Below are positions 24,001 through 36,052 of a stretch of 64,000 nucleotides of DNA, piece by piece. This DNA is from Curvularia clavata (Eukaryota), in contig CP089277.1 in the NCBI GenBank assembly GCA_023920165.1, forward strand, positions 496,001 to 560,000, in the 5' to 3' direction. The notes beneath the pieces were generated by a model that did no database searches, was not told where the DNA came from, and saw only the letters and a program-made list of their open reading frames with translations. Both the position numbers and the translations under genes were made by a program. Within the stretch, counting starts at the first letter, position 1. Every line of letters starts with the position of its first letter.

Positions 24001-24231
24001 CTTTGAGAGGATGAGACCTTTTTTTTCTATCGTGGTGTATCTGACCTGGTTCCTCGATTTTCGTGGGGTGGTAGTGAGATGAACGCCGTGAATGCTCCTT
24101 GCTATGGCCGAGAGGAAAGAGAAGAAAAAACTCCAAGATGTATGCCCAAAGGGGAGATGTAGAAGGTGATGGTTTGTTTCGTGTCGACGCCTGGGCGTTG
24201 GTATTTGTTGGTGGACGTTGAGAATTGAGGA

Positions 24232-24876
24232 TCATCTGCCGCCGACAGAGGCAGTTCGGCCGGGAGAGTACTCGCCTCGACGACGAGCCTCCTCGCGAAT
24301 GTACTTTTCGACATGTTGATCGGCTTCGGCTCGGCTTACACCAGCAGTGAGATAGCCACCGACCTCGTCCTCAAGTTCGAGGGGTGTGACTGCTCCAGGG
24401 CTGGCTAGGGGCTCCAGACGGGGGCTGGTTGGCCTGGGTCCAAGGCCTTTGTGCTGACGGCTGGTGTTGGCGAGAAGCTGCTGCTGGTAAAGGTACATCT
24501 GCCTCTGGACCTCGAATTGTCTGTTGGTTGATCGAGGAGAGGAAGGCGAGTGAGGGCTATCCGGGCCAGTGACTGGTGTGTTTGCCTGGCTGGAGTAGCT
24601 AGAGCACTGGGAAGAAGCATAGTTGGCTGGGTGGAAGCGAGGTAGTGATGGGAGCCTCAGGTGAGCAGCAGGACCGTGGTTGCTGGACTGGCGTGGGTTT
24701 AGGGCGGGCCTTCGACGAGCCTGGGAAGGGATGTCGAGAGGCTGTGACCTGCTGGGAGAGAGAGGAGAACTGATGGTAGGCATGGTGCGGTCAGAGGGTC
24801 GTGACATGTTCTGGTGAGAGGTGTCGGATCTGAAGATGACTCGAGAGAGAGAAGGCGAGGCTGGTGGAGATCTCAT
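24232..24876 (-). CDS. Hypothetical S/P-rich protein (LPRFHPANY motif); start codon uncertain
   Basis: 214-aa ATG ORF with LPSLPRFHPANY and PTSPRLEPLASPGAVTPLELE motifs, which I recall from uncharacterised Pezizomycotina proteins. Confidence 0.7.
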   Translation of the reverse strand: MRSPPASPSLSRVIFRSDTSHQNMSRPSDRTMPTISSPLSPSRSQPLDIPSQARRRPALNPRQSSNHGPAAHLRLPSLPRFHPANYASSQCSSYSSQANTPVTGPDSPHSPSSPRSTNRQFEVQRQMYLYQQQLLANTSRQHKGLGPRPTSPRLEPLASPGAVTPLELEDEVGGYLTAGVSRAEADQHVEKYIREEARRRGEYSPGRTASVGGR

Positions 24877-25626
24877 ATGAGTGAGTGGCGAGAGGGTCCC
24901 GGCCGGCCGTTGAAGTAAAGAAGAGGGATGGGCAAGAGGGATATATCAGTCTTCTTGCCAGATGAGGGTGGGACGTGCCGTGGGTGTGGTAGGGGACAGG
25001 CAACGGGCGGTGTCCAATATATCTAGCAGAGGGAGGGTCCAGCAGCACAGGCATGGATGTGGAGCCATGCGTCGGGGAAAGAGAGCGATGGGAGAGGCAT
25101 AGCACGGCGGTGATCTTCCGCTTGGGGGCGCGCTGTGGTGCGGTAATCGTGCCTGGGAGGGTAGCAGGGAACAGGGCCCCAAGTGGAGCGCGTTTCACTG
25201 GGGGAGGGCCAATCCAACGGGTGGGCAAGGAACAGGAAGGGCTGGCGCACTGGGACCGGCGGCATACGTGGGCATTTGCATGAGCATCTCGTCATTGGGG
25301 CTGGGTGGCCTTGGTTTGCCGTGCTGGGGCGGGGCCTTTGCTCCGTCGTGTCCTGGCGTGGATGCAAAGTAGTCGAGGGCGTGATGACGCAGTGCTGGAG
25401 ACGAATACCGGCTCTCTGCTGCCAAACACGCCAGCACCCGCACGTGTGCCCGTTGTAGCGTATCCTCGCCGGCGCTAAACGCGATGCGCAAAGACAATGG
25501 CAGACTGGCAATGCAATTTGCCCTGCAGCGCGACGGCCGTGTGGTTGTGATAGGGTACCGGTTCTGCTGTTGCTGCGCGGGGGGCCCTGCGTGCCCGTTG
25601 CACTCCCGTCCAGTGCGCCTTTTCCA

Positions 25627-25629
<3 letters not shown>

Positions 25630-25660
<31 letters not shown>
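25630..25660. repeat. (CA)15 microsatellite
   Basis: Perfect dinucleotide run upstream of the 24232-24876 gene. Confidence 0.95.
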
Positions 25661-25662
<2 letters not shown>

Positions 25663-26513
25663 ACCGCACCGCACTACACACCCTCTCCGACTCTTCCTGT
25701 GCTGCACTGCACTGCACTGCGGTGCGCGTGTCGTCGTGATAGAAACGTATGCTGCGTATGTGTGCGTGTGTGTGATGCACGCAGAGACGGCTCTCAAGAC
25801 ATGACACCACAACGGCACTTGGCCATGGCCCGAGCGTTGCTATGCATGTTCCTCCCAATTCGCATACAACCATCGATCGAGATCCGGCACCTCGCTCGTT
25901 TTCGTCGGCTACCCCATACTTGGCCCGGTGGCGCCATAGCCCATACATGGCACAGGGAGACGGAACCACGCTGCCAAACAAGTCGTACCACGGGTGCCTC
26001 TTCTCGCCAGAACACGGTAGACCTTCGACTGCATGCCCGACTCTCCCGCCATGACGATGGGGGCAAAGGCCTCGTCCGGTCTTCCGGCTTCAAAGACGTT
26101 GCGGCTACTCGGTCCGCCCCCAGATGCCGTCATGGACTTCCATGACCACCTGCGCTACCTACACCTATGCACAACACACGATGGATGCAGGGACGCCAAC
26201 CCTTCGCTCCCACGCCAGCCCTCGCCTCCCCAGCTGGCCACACCCAACTACTCTACCAGGCTAGCAAAACCACTGTGAAATGACGATGCAAGTGACGTGG
26301 GACAGTAGTTACCGTTCCCTCGCACCATCCCGAGCAACAGCAATCATGGCTGCACGCCGAGGAAACAGACGCAGGGAATTTCTGGCACGTGGCCATCTCA
26401 CTAGACGCACAAGGAAAAAGCAACAAACGTTGCCGCTGAAAACTTGCTCGTCAATCATTGTGTCGTGAATTGGTTCCATTGGTTGGTATGCAGCTTCTTC
26501 TTCTTCTTCAGCA

Positions 26514-27904
26514 TCATCTCGCGCCCAGCTTCTCCAGTGCACGTGTGCCCTGCTCTTCCCACTCTGCCTTTGATATCCACATGTTCTCCTTGTCCGCCAT
26601 GATGTTCGCCAGTACAGCACCTCCAAGGAAAACCATGTGCCTTCGCCGCGGCGGATCCTCGATGCGTACCTTGAATTTCTAGCATGTTGTCAGCACAGGC
26701 AACCACAACCGACAGCTGGGTACTCACGTTGAGCCGCTCTGGGTTTCCGCCCAGGACCTTGGTGAGCCACAGCTGCTTCAGCTCCTTCTCCAATCGACTG
26801 GGCAGGCCCGGGTACATGCTGCTTCCTCCACTCAGCACAATCGCCTTGTACAGACTGCTGCGCACATCGACATCCGCAGACTGGATTGTGTTGAACAGGA
26901 ACTCGGCGATACCGGGCTGCTCCACGTCCACAAGGTGCGGCTGGAACAAACACTCAGGAGCCTCGAAACGTTCACTGCCCACCCGGATCACTCGACCGTC
27001 CGGAAGAGTGTACGACTCCACCAGCACTGTTGTATCTTCGCTAAGACGCTGGTCCAACTCGAGGTCGTAAGACACGTAGCAGAGCTTCTCTTTGATTTGG
27101 CGCACGGTTTCGAAGTCGGCAGTTCGGTTGAGGGCGTATCCCCTCCGCAGCAGGAGTGCAATGAGGTTGCGTGTAACATCGCGTCCGGCGACGTCGAGAC
27201 GACGGGTAAGGTGGTTAAGCACAGTGCTTTCGTACACGGGGACAATGTGTGTGACACCGTCTCCTGAATCAACAACCACGCCAGATGACAGACCCTGTGC
27301 GTACAGAGCGAGCACCGCCTGGATAGCCACGTACACACCACCAAAGCCATAACGCTCAAACATGACCTCGCACATGGTCTCGCGGTTCTTGAGGGGGTTC
27401 ATAGGCGGCTCGGTCAGCAGAATCTTGCGGCCGGCCGGGTCAATCTTCATCTTTTCGTAGAAAGTGTAATCCCAGAGTTGTTGCATGTCGTCCCAGCGCT
27501 TCACAATACCATTCTCCATCTAGAGGTAGAGTAGTTAGCACCTCATTTTACACATGCACTTCTCTTTCATGGCCACGTACTGGGTAGGTGATCTGAAGCA
27601 TGGAACGCGCCTCCGCTGCCTCGTCACCGCACATGATGTCCTTGAGCTGAATGTCACCGCTGTTTTGCTCCTCAGTTCGCAGAATAGGCCGGCCGACTAT
27701 CGAAGGATACTGGTGGTCTGGGAAGTTCTACCGCAATCATTGTCAGCTTGGCACGTCTAGTGGTTATGCTGCTGGAGGGACTCACCTGCCCGGCGTAACC
27801 CGCCTTGAGGAAACCAGTTCCGCCATCGAGCACTAATTGCGAGGGTTAGTAACAGCTAGAATAGCCCCAAAAGTGCATTGCCTACCGATAGGAGCTTGAG
27901 CCAT
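26514..27904 (-). CDS. ARP2: Actin-related protein 2 (Arp2/3 complex), 5 exons
   Basis: [48 protein letters not shown] and [16 protein letters not shown] motifs; canonical introns. Confidence 0.96.
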
Positions 27905-28506
27905 CCTGTAAATAACTCTGGAGAGGTGATGAGGTGAGGGGGGTGGATGTCGAGAGCTGGCGGTAGCTCCGTGTTGCGTGCCTGGAGGTTGACGACGTTG
28001 GCGGCGGGGCGCTGCTGATGGTTGGCCGGGGTCCGTGACCACTCCAACAAGCCAAGCAGACGTCGAGCTACAACTTGAAATCAAGCAGTCACTTTTGAAG
28101 ATACTGAAATATAAGCAATACGGATAGATCAGAAACCTCGAGGAGAACTGGATAAACTGTATTATTGCGCTTCAACACTGCGTTCTTCCAGTTGGGCAGC
28201 CAAGAGGGATTGCTTGCATGCTGCCCAAAGATTGCTCTATGAAAGCAATTCACAGAAAATGCTCACTCGATAGCACGACCATCTAGGTTCTTGTTGTTAC
28301 ATGTAATTTGAGTGCATTGAGTCGACATCTGCTTCATAATACCCATGGTCACCCATCCTACTTGCATGGTCACCCACCTCGAGAGTAAGTCGCGACTTGC
28401 GCATCGCTTAGCGACATGGTCCGAGCGCCCACTCCAATATTGCCCATCGCTCAACACCATCGAACTTTCTCTCTTCAGCCGAATCTACTAACAGCAGCCG
28501 GTCAAG

Positions 28507-29666
28507 ATGCCTTTCGTAAGTCCTCCTTGAGTTGCTCTCGCAATGGCTATCCCCCATCCACCCTACCGCCGTCACGGCAACCCCGCTTCGACGGCTGTCG
28601 AGTGGAGTCTTTGCGAGATGCTTCGAATGCGGGTTTGAAGCGCAAATCGCTGACTCTGGCAAAAGTCCAAGCTCCAGAAGAACGACGCCTACTTCTCGCG
28701 GTACCAAGTCAAGTACAAGCGCCGCCGACAGGGAAAGAGTACGTATCAAACGCGCCGTCTGGTTCGCGACGATATCTAACAATTTGCAGCCGACTACTAT
28801 GCCCGCAAGAGGTTGATCACCCAGGCCAAGAACAAGTACAATGCGCCCAAGTACCGCCTCGTCGTTCGCTTCACCAACAAGGACATCATCTGCCAGATTG
28901 TCCACTCTGAGATTGGCGGAGACAAGGTTTTCATGGCTGCTTAGTATGTTGCACACAGTGGAATGGTACACGACTTCATGGCTAACAAATTCGCAGCGCT
29001 CACGAGCTGAAGGCCTATGGCATCACCCACGGTCTTACCAACTGGGCCGCTGCCTACGCCACTGGTCTCCTTCTCGCCCGCCGTGCCCTCAAGAAGCTCG
29101 AGATCGACGAGAGCTTCGTCGGTGTCGAGGAGGCCGATGGTGAGTTCACCCTCACCGAGGCCGCCGAGGTCGACGGCGAGGAGCGCCGCCCATTCAAGGT
29201 CTTCTTGGATGTCGGTCTCACCCGCACCTCCACCGGTGCCCGTGTCTTCGGTGCCATGAAGGGCTGCTCTGACGGTGGTGTCTTCGTTCCCCACTCTGAG
29301 AACCGTTTCCCCGGTTACGACATCGAGAGCAAGGAGCTCGACGCTGAGGTCCTCCGCAAGTACATCTACGGTGGCCACGTTGCCGAGTACATGGAGACCC
29401 TCGCCGATGACGACGAGGAGCGCTACAAGTCTCAGTTCAGCGGTTACATCGAGGACGACATCGAGGCTGACGGCCTTGAGGAGCTCTACCAGGAGGCCCA
29501 CAAGCAGATCCGTGAGGACCCCTGGAAGAAGCAGGAGTCTTCTGGACCCAAGAAGACCAAGGAGGAGTGGGCCGCCGAGTCCAAGAAGTACAAGCAGAAG
29601 AAGCTCACCAAGGCCGAGAAGGAGGAGCGCGTCAAGGCCAAGATTGCCGAGCTTACTTCTGCTTAA
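28507..29666 (+). CDS. RPL5: 60S ribosomal protein L5 (uL18), 4 exons
   Basis: [44 protein letters not shown] and [19 protein letters not shown]; very high codon bias. Confidence 0.97.
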
Positions 29667-30461
29667 GCAGTTGCTTTTTCTCGTTCATATTCTGTTCTGT
29701 TATGAAAAAAGCACGGCTCTGGCGTCTGGGGATGATGTGGGAAGGACTGCCTGCTATGGCAGGATACATCTTCTGTACTTAGCCTTTCACGACCTCAATG
29801 AGATGATAAGACGACGGGCCACACAAATGGCTGTCGCAAACAAGATACCCCCTTTTCAAACCAGATGTGCCCCACATTCTAAATAGGTGAAATGTCGTGA
29901 TTTATGATACAAGGCTGCACGTCTGTTTGCATACTCCTATAGCGAATGGTGCATATGACCCTCCGGACGAGTGACGGACTATAGCTCTCCTCTCTCTCTC
30001 TGTTGTTATCAGAACCAGGTCTTCGCTTCAACATGTATATAGATCGTCGTCATGATCGACCGCGAGAGATGTGCAAATAATTCATTGTTCATGGTTGGTC
30101 GTGGTAACAAGACGCCAGTACGGTTTTGGCGGAGAGAGGAGAAGGAGAGCCGAAAGCGTCAGCCGAAAGCGCCTTTCGTCATCGCCCCGGCTCCAACAAC
30201 TTAAGTGCACGTTCGCCATATCCTCGCAGGTCGCATCGGCCGAAGATCGCACAGGGCAGTTCTCTGAATTCGCGCAACGTCTGACGTGAGCGCAAACTGA
30301 AAGACTGAAATTCAGCCGCAGGACGGGACACGATCTCTCAGCATTTCCAAGCAGTGCGTGGCGTCGACTGCTTACTCGGACACCAGAAACCCCGCAGAGC
30401 CCCGACACTTTCACCGACCACATTTACGACCCGAGCACATGGCGACGCCCCTATAGCCAAA

Positions 30462-33400
30462 ATGACGGCCATCCAGATACCCGCCGACACTGCGTCTGCC
30501 ATGGAGGACATTCATGGTGTAGATGTATCATGGTTGCATCACTCGACTAGAGGTAAGGCCCGCTTACCCTGGGTGGAGACAGTTCGGCTTTGCGGCGCGA
30601 CCCTGAATACTGTGCTGAAGAGCGCTGCTAACATTTCCCTCCCTTTTGCTACAGACCATCACCACCGCCAGCAGGCCCCCTCGTCGCCAGGCCTCAGCAG
30701 AGATGCGCCACCCAAAACCTCATCGCATGGCGGCATACCCGCCCGGCCCCGCCACGATGACCAGCAGCGCACACAGGAGCCGAAACCGGCGGCCAACCGA
30801 CCCGCATCTCCGCCACGGCCACCTGCAGCAGCAACAACAACAACAACACCTACAGCTACTCCTGCGCCTGCGCCTGTGCCTGCAGCGACTACGACCCCAC
30901 CCCAAAAGACGCCCTCGAAGCGGCCGGCGTTACTCAGCCGCAACAGCGCTGAGAAGAATGTCAATGGAACCACACCCCCAGACTCAAGAAACTCATCCCG
31001 ACGCAACTCATGGATGAATAGCATCAGCTCCAAATTCTCCTCACAAAACTCTCCAGCGCAAACTACGCACACCCAAGCCCAGGGATCGCATGCACCGTCC
31101 CATGGCCCGAACAATACCTCTCCATCCGCGAATGGTGCCTTGCACGGCATACAGGCAGCTTCGGGAGGACACAACGGGGCACCCGAGCCCTATGTTCCGC
31201 AGCAACCCAAGAGTTCATTCGTCGGTAATGTCCTCCGACGCCTGTCCTCGGGATCACAGGTCAGTGCCGCTGGCAAGGTGTACCCCAACGGAGGCATGTG
31301 CCCGCGCAAAGTCATGAACATCGACCCAAATCGAGAACGATGCCTGGTGCCTGAGCTCGACCAGCACAAACTGCGAAAAGTTGCATTCTGTGTGGACGTT
31401 GAGATTGCTGGAGGACCAAAATATAAGGATGAGGCGGATACAGACGAGAAACAGACAAAGCGTAAAGAGAAGAAGTTGAAGGAGCGCGGCGAAGGTGAGG
31501 CACTCAAGAATCCGGATACTGTGGCCGAGCAAAAAGACAAGTCAGGTGTTGTCACAGTTGCGCAGGAAGCTGTTGGCAATGAAAACAAGCCAAACCCCGA
31601 AGGCACAGTCATCGAGGACAAGCAGGAGACTAGCAAAAAGAAGGAAAAGAAAAAGCGATCCGAGGCGGAGCGCAAAGAGAGGAAAGAGAAGAAGCGTAGG
31701 AAAGCCGAAGAGAACGGCACCATACCCTTGGAAATCACCAGAGATGACGATAGTGGTAGCGTCGAAGGAGTATCTGCTGCGTCTGGGACGGCGACGCCTC
31801 GCGCTCAGGATCGACCGACAATTGACCCGCTGCGCATCTACAGACGATGTTGCCAACTGCGCGAATCTCCCATTCTCAAACGCATCAGCGACCAGCTCGC
31901 GGCCCCGCGTGCATGCGCTGTTGTTCAACCCGGCGTCGTTACTTGTCTGGATCTGACTGGATCGCGTTTACAACTAGCGGATTTCCTCACCTTATCAGAC
32001 TGGCTAGCTATCGTGCCTGTAAAGAAACTATTCTTAGAGGACGCAGATCTGACCGACGAGAAGATACGCGTTGTCCTGGCCGGCCTTCTAGCCGCCAAAG
32101 TTCCAGAACCGCCGAAGCGTCGCAGTCAGTCCAGCGATGGCCCACACGACGGACTTTGCCAAAAAGGCTCCTCTGCAATCAAGAAACTGGTTCTGAAGAA
32201 TAACCCCAAAATCACAGCTGAGGGTTGGAAACATATTGCACTCTTCCTCTACATGTGCAAGTCTATCGTAGCGGTCGATGTCTCAATGATTCCCTTCCCA
32301 AACACTCCGCCCCAGGTGGTCTCCCCACCTGCAGATAGCACACAGGTTCCATCACCCACCAAGAACAGCAAATCCGGTGATATTGCAGAAATTTTCTCAA
32401 AAGCCATATCTGAGCGCTTGGGGGGCTCTGAGCTGCAAGAATTAGCCATGGCTGAGTGCAACCTATCCTCTGCAAGCATCCGCAAGATTATCGATGGCTG
32501 TATCATTAGTGGTATCCAGCGTCTCAGTCTCGCAACCAACGACATAGACGAGGAAGGAATGGAGCATGTGTTGGGATACCTACGCTCTGGAGTCTGTGAG
32601 GGTCTCGATCTTGGAGGCAACGATCTCCGACCCTGGATAGCCCAACTTGGAGAAAGCATAAACCAGTGCAAAGACAGTCCGCTGTGGGCTTTGTGCTTAC
32701 AAGACACCGGCCTTACTCCCGACTCGCTCAAAACACTACTTCCACTCCTGGTATCGTTACCGGCCTTCAAGTTCTTGGATCTTTCGCATAACAGAGGCCT
32801 CTTCTTGGGCCAGACTTCGTTATGCCTGCTCAGGAAATACATGCCCCAGTTGAAGGAACTGAAACGAATACACCTAATGGATGTGGACATGAAGCCTGCA
32901 GATGCGATCGCCATCGCCGAAATCCTTCCGGATTGTCCTCACATTGCGCATATCAATATTCTGGAAAACCCCGAAATCACTCGTGTTGCAAATTCGACAG
33001 ACGAGGAAACCCAAGAAGATGCAGCAGCATTGTATGCATCCCTCACACTCGCGGCCAAATTGTCGAAAACACTTATATGTGTCGATGTGGACATACCAGC
33101 CCCGGAACAGAGCGAAGTCATCAAGGCACTTGCGAAACAAGTCGTGGCATACTGTCTGCGTAATATCGAATCCATCAATGAGGTGCCAGAACTTAACGCC
33201 GCGCCAAAAGAAGTTGAAGTGCCGCCCATCTTGATGCGTCTTGTGGGGCCAGACTACAATGAGAGTAAGGAAAATGACGGTCCCTCGTCTGCCGATGAAG
33301 ACTACATTGTTGGTGGTACGGGTATTGCTAAGGCACTGAGCTATTGTCTATCTCACAAAGACTCGGATCTTCGCAGGGTGTCAGTTCCAGCGAGCGGCAC

Positions 33401-34283
33401 ATCTACTCCAAGGAGTCGAAGCAGAGTCCCTGTTCTCGAGGAGCCAAGCAAAGCAAGAGCAATGTCCAAGGATCTTCTTGAAACCGCGCGTAATACACGA
33501 TCAAGGATTCAGTCAGCATTGGTTCGGGAAGCGAAGAGTGGCAACGATCTCAATTACCGTATGTCATATCACCGCCCCACCCTGAAGATACAGCTAACAA
33601 ATACAGGCCGCTTATTGTTCTTGGACCAAACTCTTCAGGGCATGATTCAGCGCTTCGAAGACGAATACCCAGAGACTCGACTCCAGTCCTCGGATACCGT
33701 CTCTACGTCTGACTCCATACCCAGCACTTCACCGCCTGCTTCCACAGTTCCGACCCTTGAAAACAGCGTAGTGTCAGACATAGGAGCACCCGAATCTGAC
33801 GAGGACGAGCCCTCCACCATCCGCTCACGCCACAATTCCGACGTCTCTCTCGCATCCCGCAATATGTCTCTCGAAGAGGGCCGTTTGCATCGCTTTGGCC
33901 ATCGTGTACGCACAAACATCCTCAATTCTTCCCGCCCAAGCTCGCCGGCTACCTCTGAGAACCGATCTTCTTTCATGTCTGGTGCGGTGAACGATGACAA
34001 CCTTCCTGAACACATCCAGTCACTACGCGAATACTTCCTGAACCATAGCGGTGGTGACGAGATGAGGCGCATGATTGAGGGTCAAGGTTGGGACGAGGCA
34101 TTTGACAGCGTAGTGAAAAACGTCGAAGAACTACAGAATTTGGAAAAGGAGGACCCTTACCAATTCAAGATTTTTAGGGAGAGTCAAATTGCGGCCTTGA
34201 AAAATCGCAACCCGGATCTTCATGCGCCGGGGGAGAAGGAGGCCAAGAGCGACGACGGAGATGATTTCGCTGTTGAAGATTAA
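30462..34283 (+). CDS. MHP1: MHP1-like leucine-rich-repeat (RNI-like) protein; introns 30553-30654 and 33559-33606
   Basis: DVSWLHH, RVxF-like LRKVAF, IYRRCCQLRESPIL and LRR repeats (LDLGGNDL, LDLSHN). Confidence 0.75.
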   Translation: MTAIQIPADTASAMEDIHGVDVSWLHHSTRGKARLPWVETVRLCGATLNTVLKSAANISLPFATDHHHRQQAPSSPGLSRDAPPKTSSHGGIPARPRHDDQQRTQEPKPAANRPASPPRPPAAATTTTTPTATPAPAPVPAATTTPPQKTPSKRPALLSRNSAEKNVNGTTPPDSRNSSRRNSWMNSISSKFSSQNSPAQTTHTQAQGSHAPSHGPNNTSPSANGALHGIQAASGGHNGAPEPYVPQQPKSSFVGNVLRRLSSGSQVSAAGKVYPNGGMCPRKVMNIDPNRERCLVPELDQHKLRKVAFCVDVEIAGGPKYKDEADTDEKQTKRKEKKLKERGEGEALKNPDTVAEQKDKSGVVTVAQEAVGNENKPNPEGTVIEDKQETSKKKEKKKRSEAERKERKEKKRRKAEENGTIPLEITRDDDSGSVEGVSAASGTATPRAQDRPTIDPLRIYRRCCQLRESPILKRISDQLAAPRACAVVQPGVVTCLDLTGSRLQLADFLTLSDWLAIVPVKKLFLEDADLTDEKIRVVLAGLLAAKVPEPPKRRSQSSDGPHDGLCQKGSSAIKKLVLKNNPKITAEGWKHIALFLYMCKSIVAVDVSMIPFPNTPPQVVSPPADSTQVPSPTKNSKSGDIAEIFSKAISERLGGSELQELAMAECNLSSASIRKIIDGCIISGIQRLSLATNDIDEEGMEHVLGYLRSGVCEGLDLGGNDLRPWIAQLGESINQCKDSPLWALCLQDTGLTPDSLKTLLPLLVSLPAFKFLDLSHNRGLFLGQTSLCLLRKYMPQLKELKRIHLMDVDMKPADAIAIAEILPDCPHIAHINILENPEITRVANSTDEETQEDAAALYASLTLAAKLSKTLICVDVDIPAPEQSEVIKALAKQVVAYCLRNIESINEVPELNAAPKEVEVPPILMRLVGPDYNESKENDGPSSADEDYIVGGTGIAKALSYCLSHKDSDLRRVSVPASGTSTPRSRSRVPVLEEPSKARAMSKDLLETARNTRSRIQSALVREAKSGNDLNYRMSYHRPTLKIQLTNTGRLLFLDQTLQGMIQRFEDEYPETRLQSSDTVSTSDSIPSTSPPASTVPTLENSVVSDIGAPESDEDEPSTIRSRHNSDVSLASRNMSLEEGRLHRFGHRVRTNILNSSRPSSPATSENRSSFMSGAVNDDNLPEHIQSLREYFLNHSGGDEMRRMIEGQGWDEAFDSVVKNVEELQNLEKEDPYQFKIFRESQIAALKNRNPDLHAPGEKEAKSDDGDDFAVED

Positions 34284-34734
34284 GTTAGAGCTGTTTGATT
34301 TTGCAAGACGAAGGGAATTGGGAATGCAATTATGTACGATAAGGGCTGGAGTATGGTTATGACGAGGTTAAGGTATTTCTGAGACTCTGGAGCGTCTCAG
34401 TCAGCGTATGCGTTCATTCTTTTCTTTTTTACAGTTGTAGCATATAGCCAATGCGTCTGCAGTGGCTGGGTGGCTTTGGCAAGCTTGTTATTTGATATTA
34501 CTCTAGCGCTCACTTCATGTTGATGGGGGTCCTCCTCCGTCTCTGTTTAGAATACCTGGGAAGTACATGGTTTAGTTGTAAACGCACATAATGTATTGTT
34601 GGAGAACTTACAAAGTCGCCTCATACTCACGCCACCACGTACCACTTTCGCGACGCATACAAACGTTGCTTACAACCACGCAGTTTCCTAACTTTATATT
34701 CCGCCCAAAGACTGAGTGTCTGCGCATCTTCGCG

Positions 34735-35749
34735 ATGCCTAGTGTTACTACAGTCTCTTTTTACGTGCTCTTAATCCTTGCCATAGCTATTCAATTCCTG
34801 CTCCCTTCTCCCACTACAACCATGACAAGCCCCAGCAGCCCGTGGGCCGACACTCCATGTGAACTCATCACGACGCCACAGTACGCGACGAACAAAGTAA
34901 TTAATTCTGGTTCACCTTGTCCATCGTAATATCATACTAACAACTATCTCAGGAAGATATCTTTACCGTCGGCGCCACACATATGGCTCATATACACAAC
35001 GCCATCATCCGCGGCTACAACTCCATCTACCTCCAAGCCCCCCACGTTGCAGACGCCGACAAACCCGCTTTCGTCGGGTACGCACTAACATGGTTCCGCT
35101 TCGTCAAAGCCCATCACGATGACGAAGAAAACGAGTTATTCCCCGCGATATCGCGAGTCTTGCACGACGAGAAAATCTGGGGTGAGACACATAAAGAGCA
35201 TGGTATGTCTTTCCCTCTCTCCCATATATATATATATATATATCTACATACAGTAATAGCACGGATTTCTAACTTTCAAATATAGAAGCTCTCATCTCAA
35301 GCCTAACAGAATACTCCACCTACCTCACCAGTCTGCCCACTCCAACCTCCCTCAACGGCACACACCTCCAATCCCTCATGTCTGCCTTCCAACCTACTTT
35401 CTCCCAGCACTTTCACTCTGAAATCGCCACTCTGGCTGCTTTCTCTTCACACCCGTCTACGCCTGTGCCTGGTACACCGGACGCTGATGCCGCGGCCACG
35501 GTGTTTAAAACGTGGGGCAAGAAGACGATTATGAAGGCGGGAGTGTGGGACGTTGTACCGTTTTTCCTAATGAATATTGATGGGGGGTATGAGGGGGGTA
35601 GGTGGAGGGAGTGGCCGCCTATGCCGGCGCCAGTAAGGTGGGGGCTGCTGAATGTAGCGGGGAGTTGGAGGGCGAGCGAGTGGCGGTTTGCGAGTTGTGA
35701 TGGGTGGGGGAATCGGAGGGGGTTATGGGCGTTGCAGGGGAAGGAGTAA
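34735..35749 (+). CDS. Hemerythrin/HHE cation-binding domain protein; introns 34897-34952 and 35203-35285
   Basis: MAHIHNAIIRGYNSIYLQA, HHDDEE..FP, EH and HFHSEI metal-binding motifs; alternative start at 34822. Confidence 0.85.
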
Positions 35750-36052
35750 TGGAGGTTTTGATGTAAGATGTATTCTTAACTAGCCTTGGGTTTTATTCTA
35801 GATTGTCATTACGGGAACATGGGCAACTGAATTTAGTAAAGAAATAGGGCAGTAAAGTGTGGGAGTCGTTGAAGAGGAGCTTGGAGATATATTTACCACT
35901 GTGTGGTCTATACAGTGATATACTAAACTATCGTTAACATACTCGCCATAACGCAATGCAAGAAATACACATCTACGGTCTAACTCTGCAGCCATATTCC
36001 CGTAAGACCCAAATATCCCATGAATACTTTTTTTTTCAGACCACCCATCACC

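Noticed and set aside
18040..24230. Telomerase RNA or C/D snoRNA in the long intergenic region
   Set aside because: I found no TAACCCTAA template and no properly spaced box C/D pair; ATGATGA near 23040 lacks a nearby CTGA.
24900..26450. Many overlapping 100-210 aa ORFs
   Set aside because: GC-rich promoter-like sequence with microsatellites; translations are low-complexity (CVCV, THTH).
351..29666. 5S rRNA gene and its binding protein RPL5 in the same window
   Set aside because: They are 28 kb apart and 5S genes are dispersed in these fungi; no evidence of linkage.
35798..36052. Long open frame after the IDO stop codon
   Set aside because: TAG-GGT is not a recognised readthrough context and the extension does not end in a PTS1.
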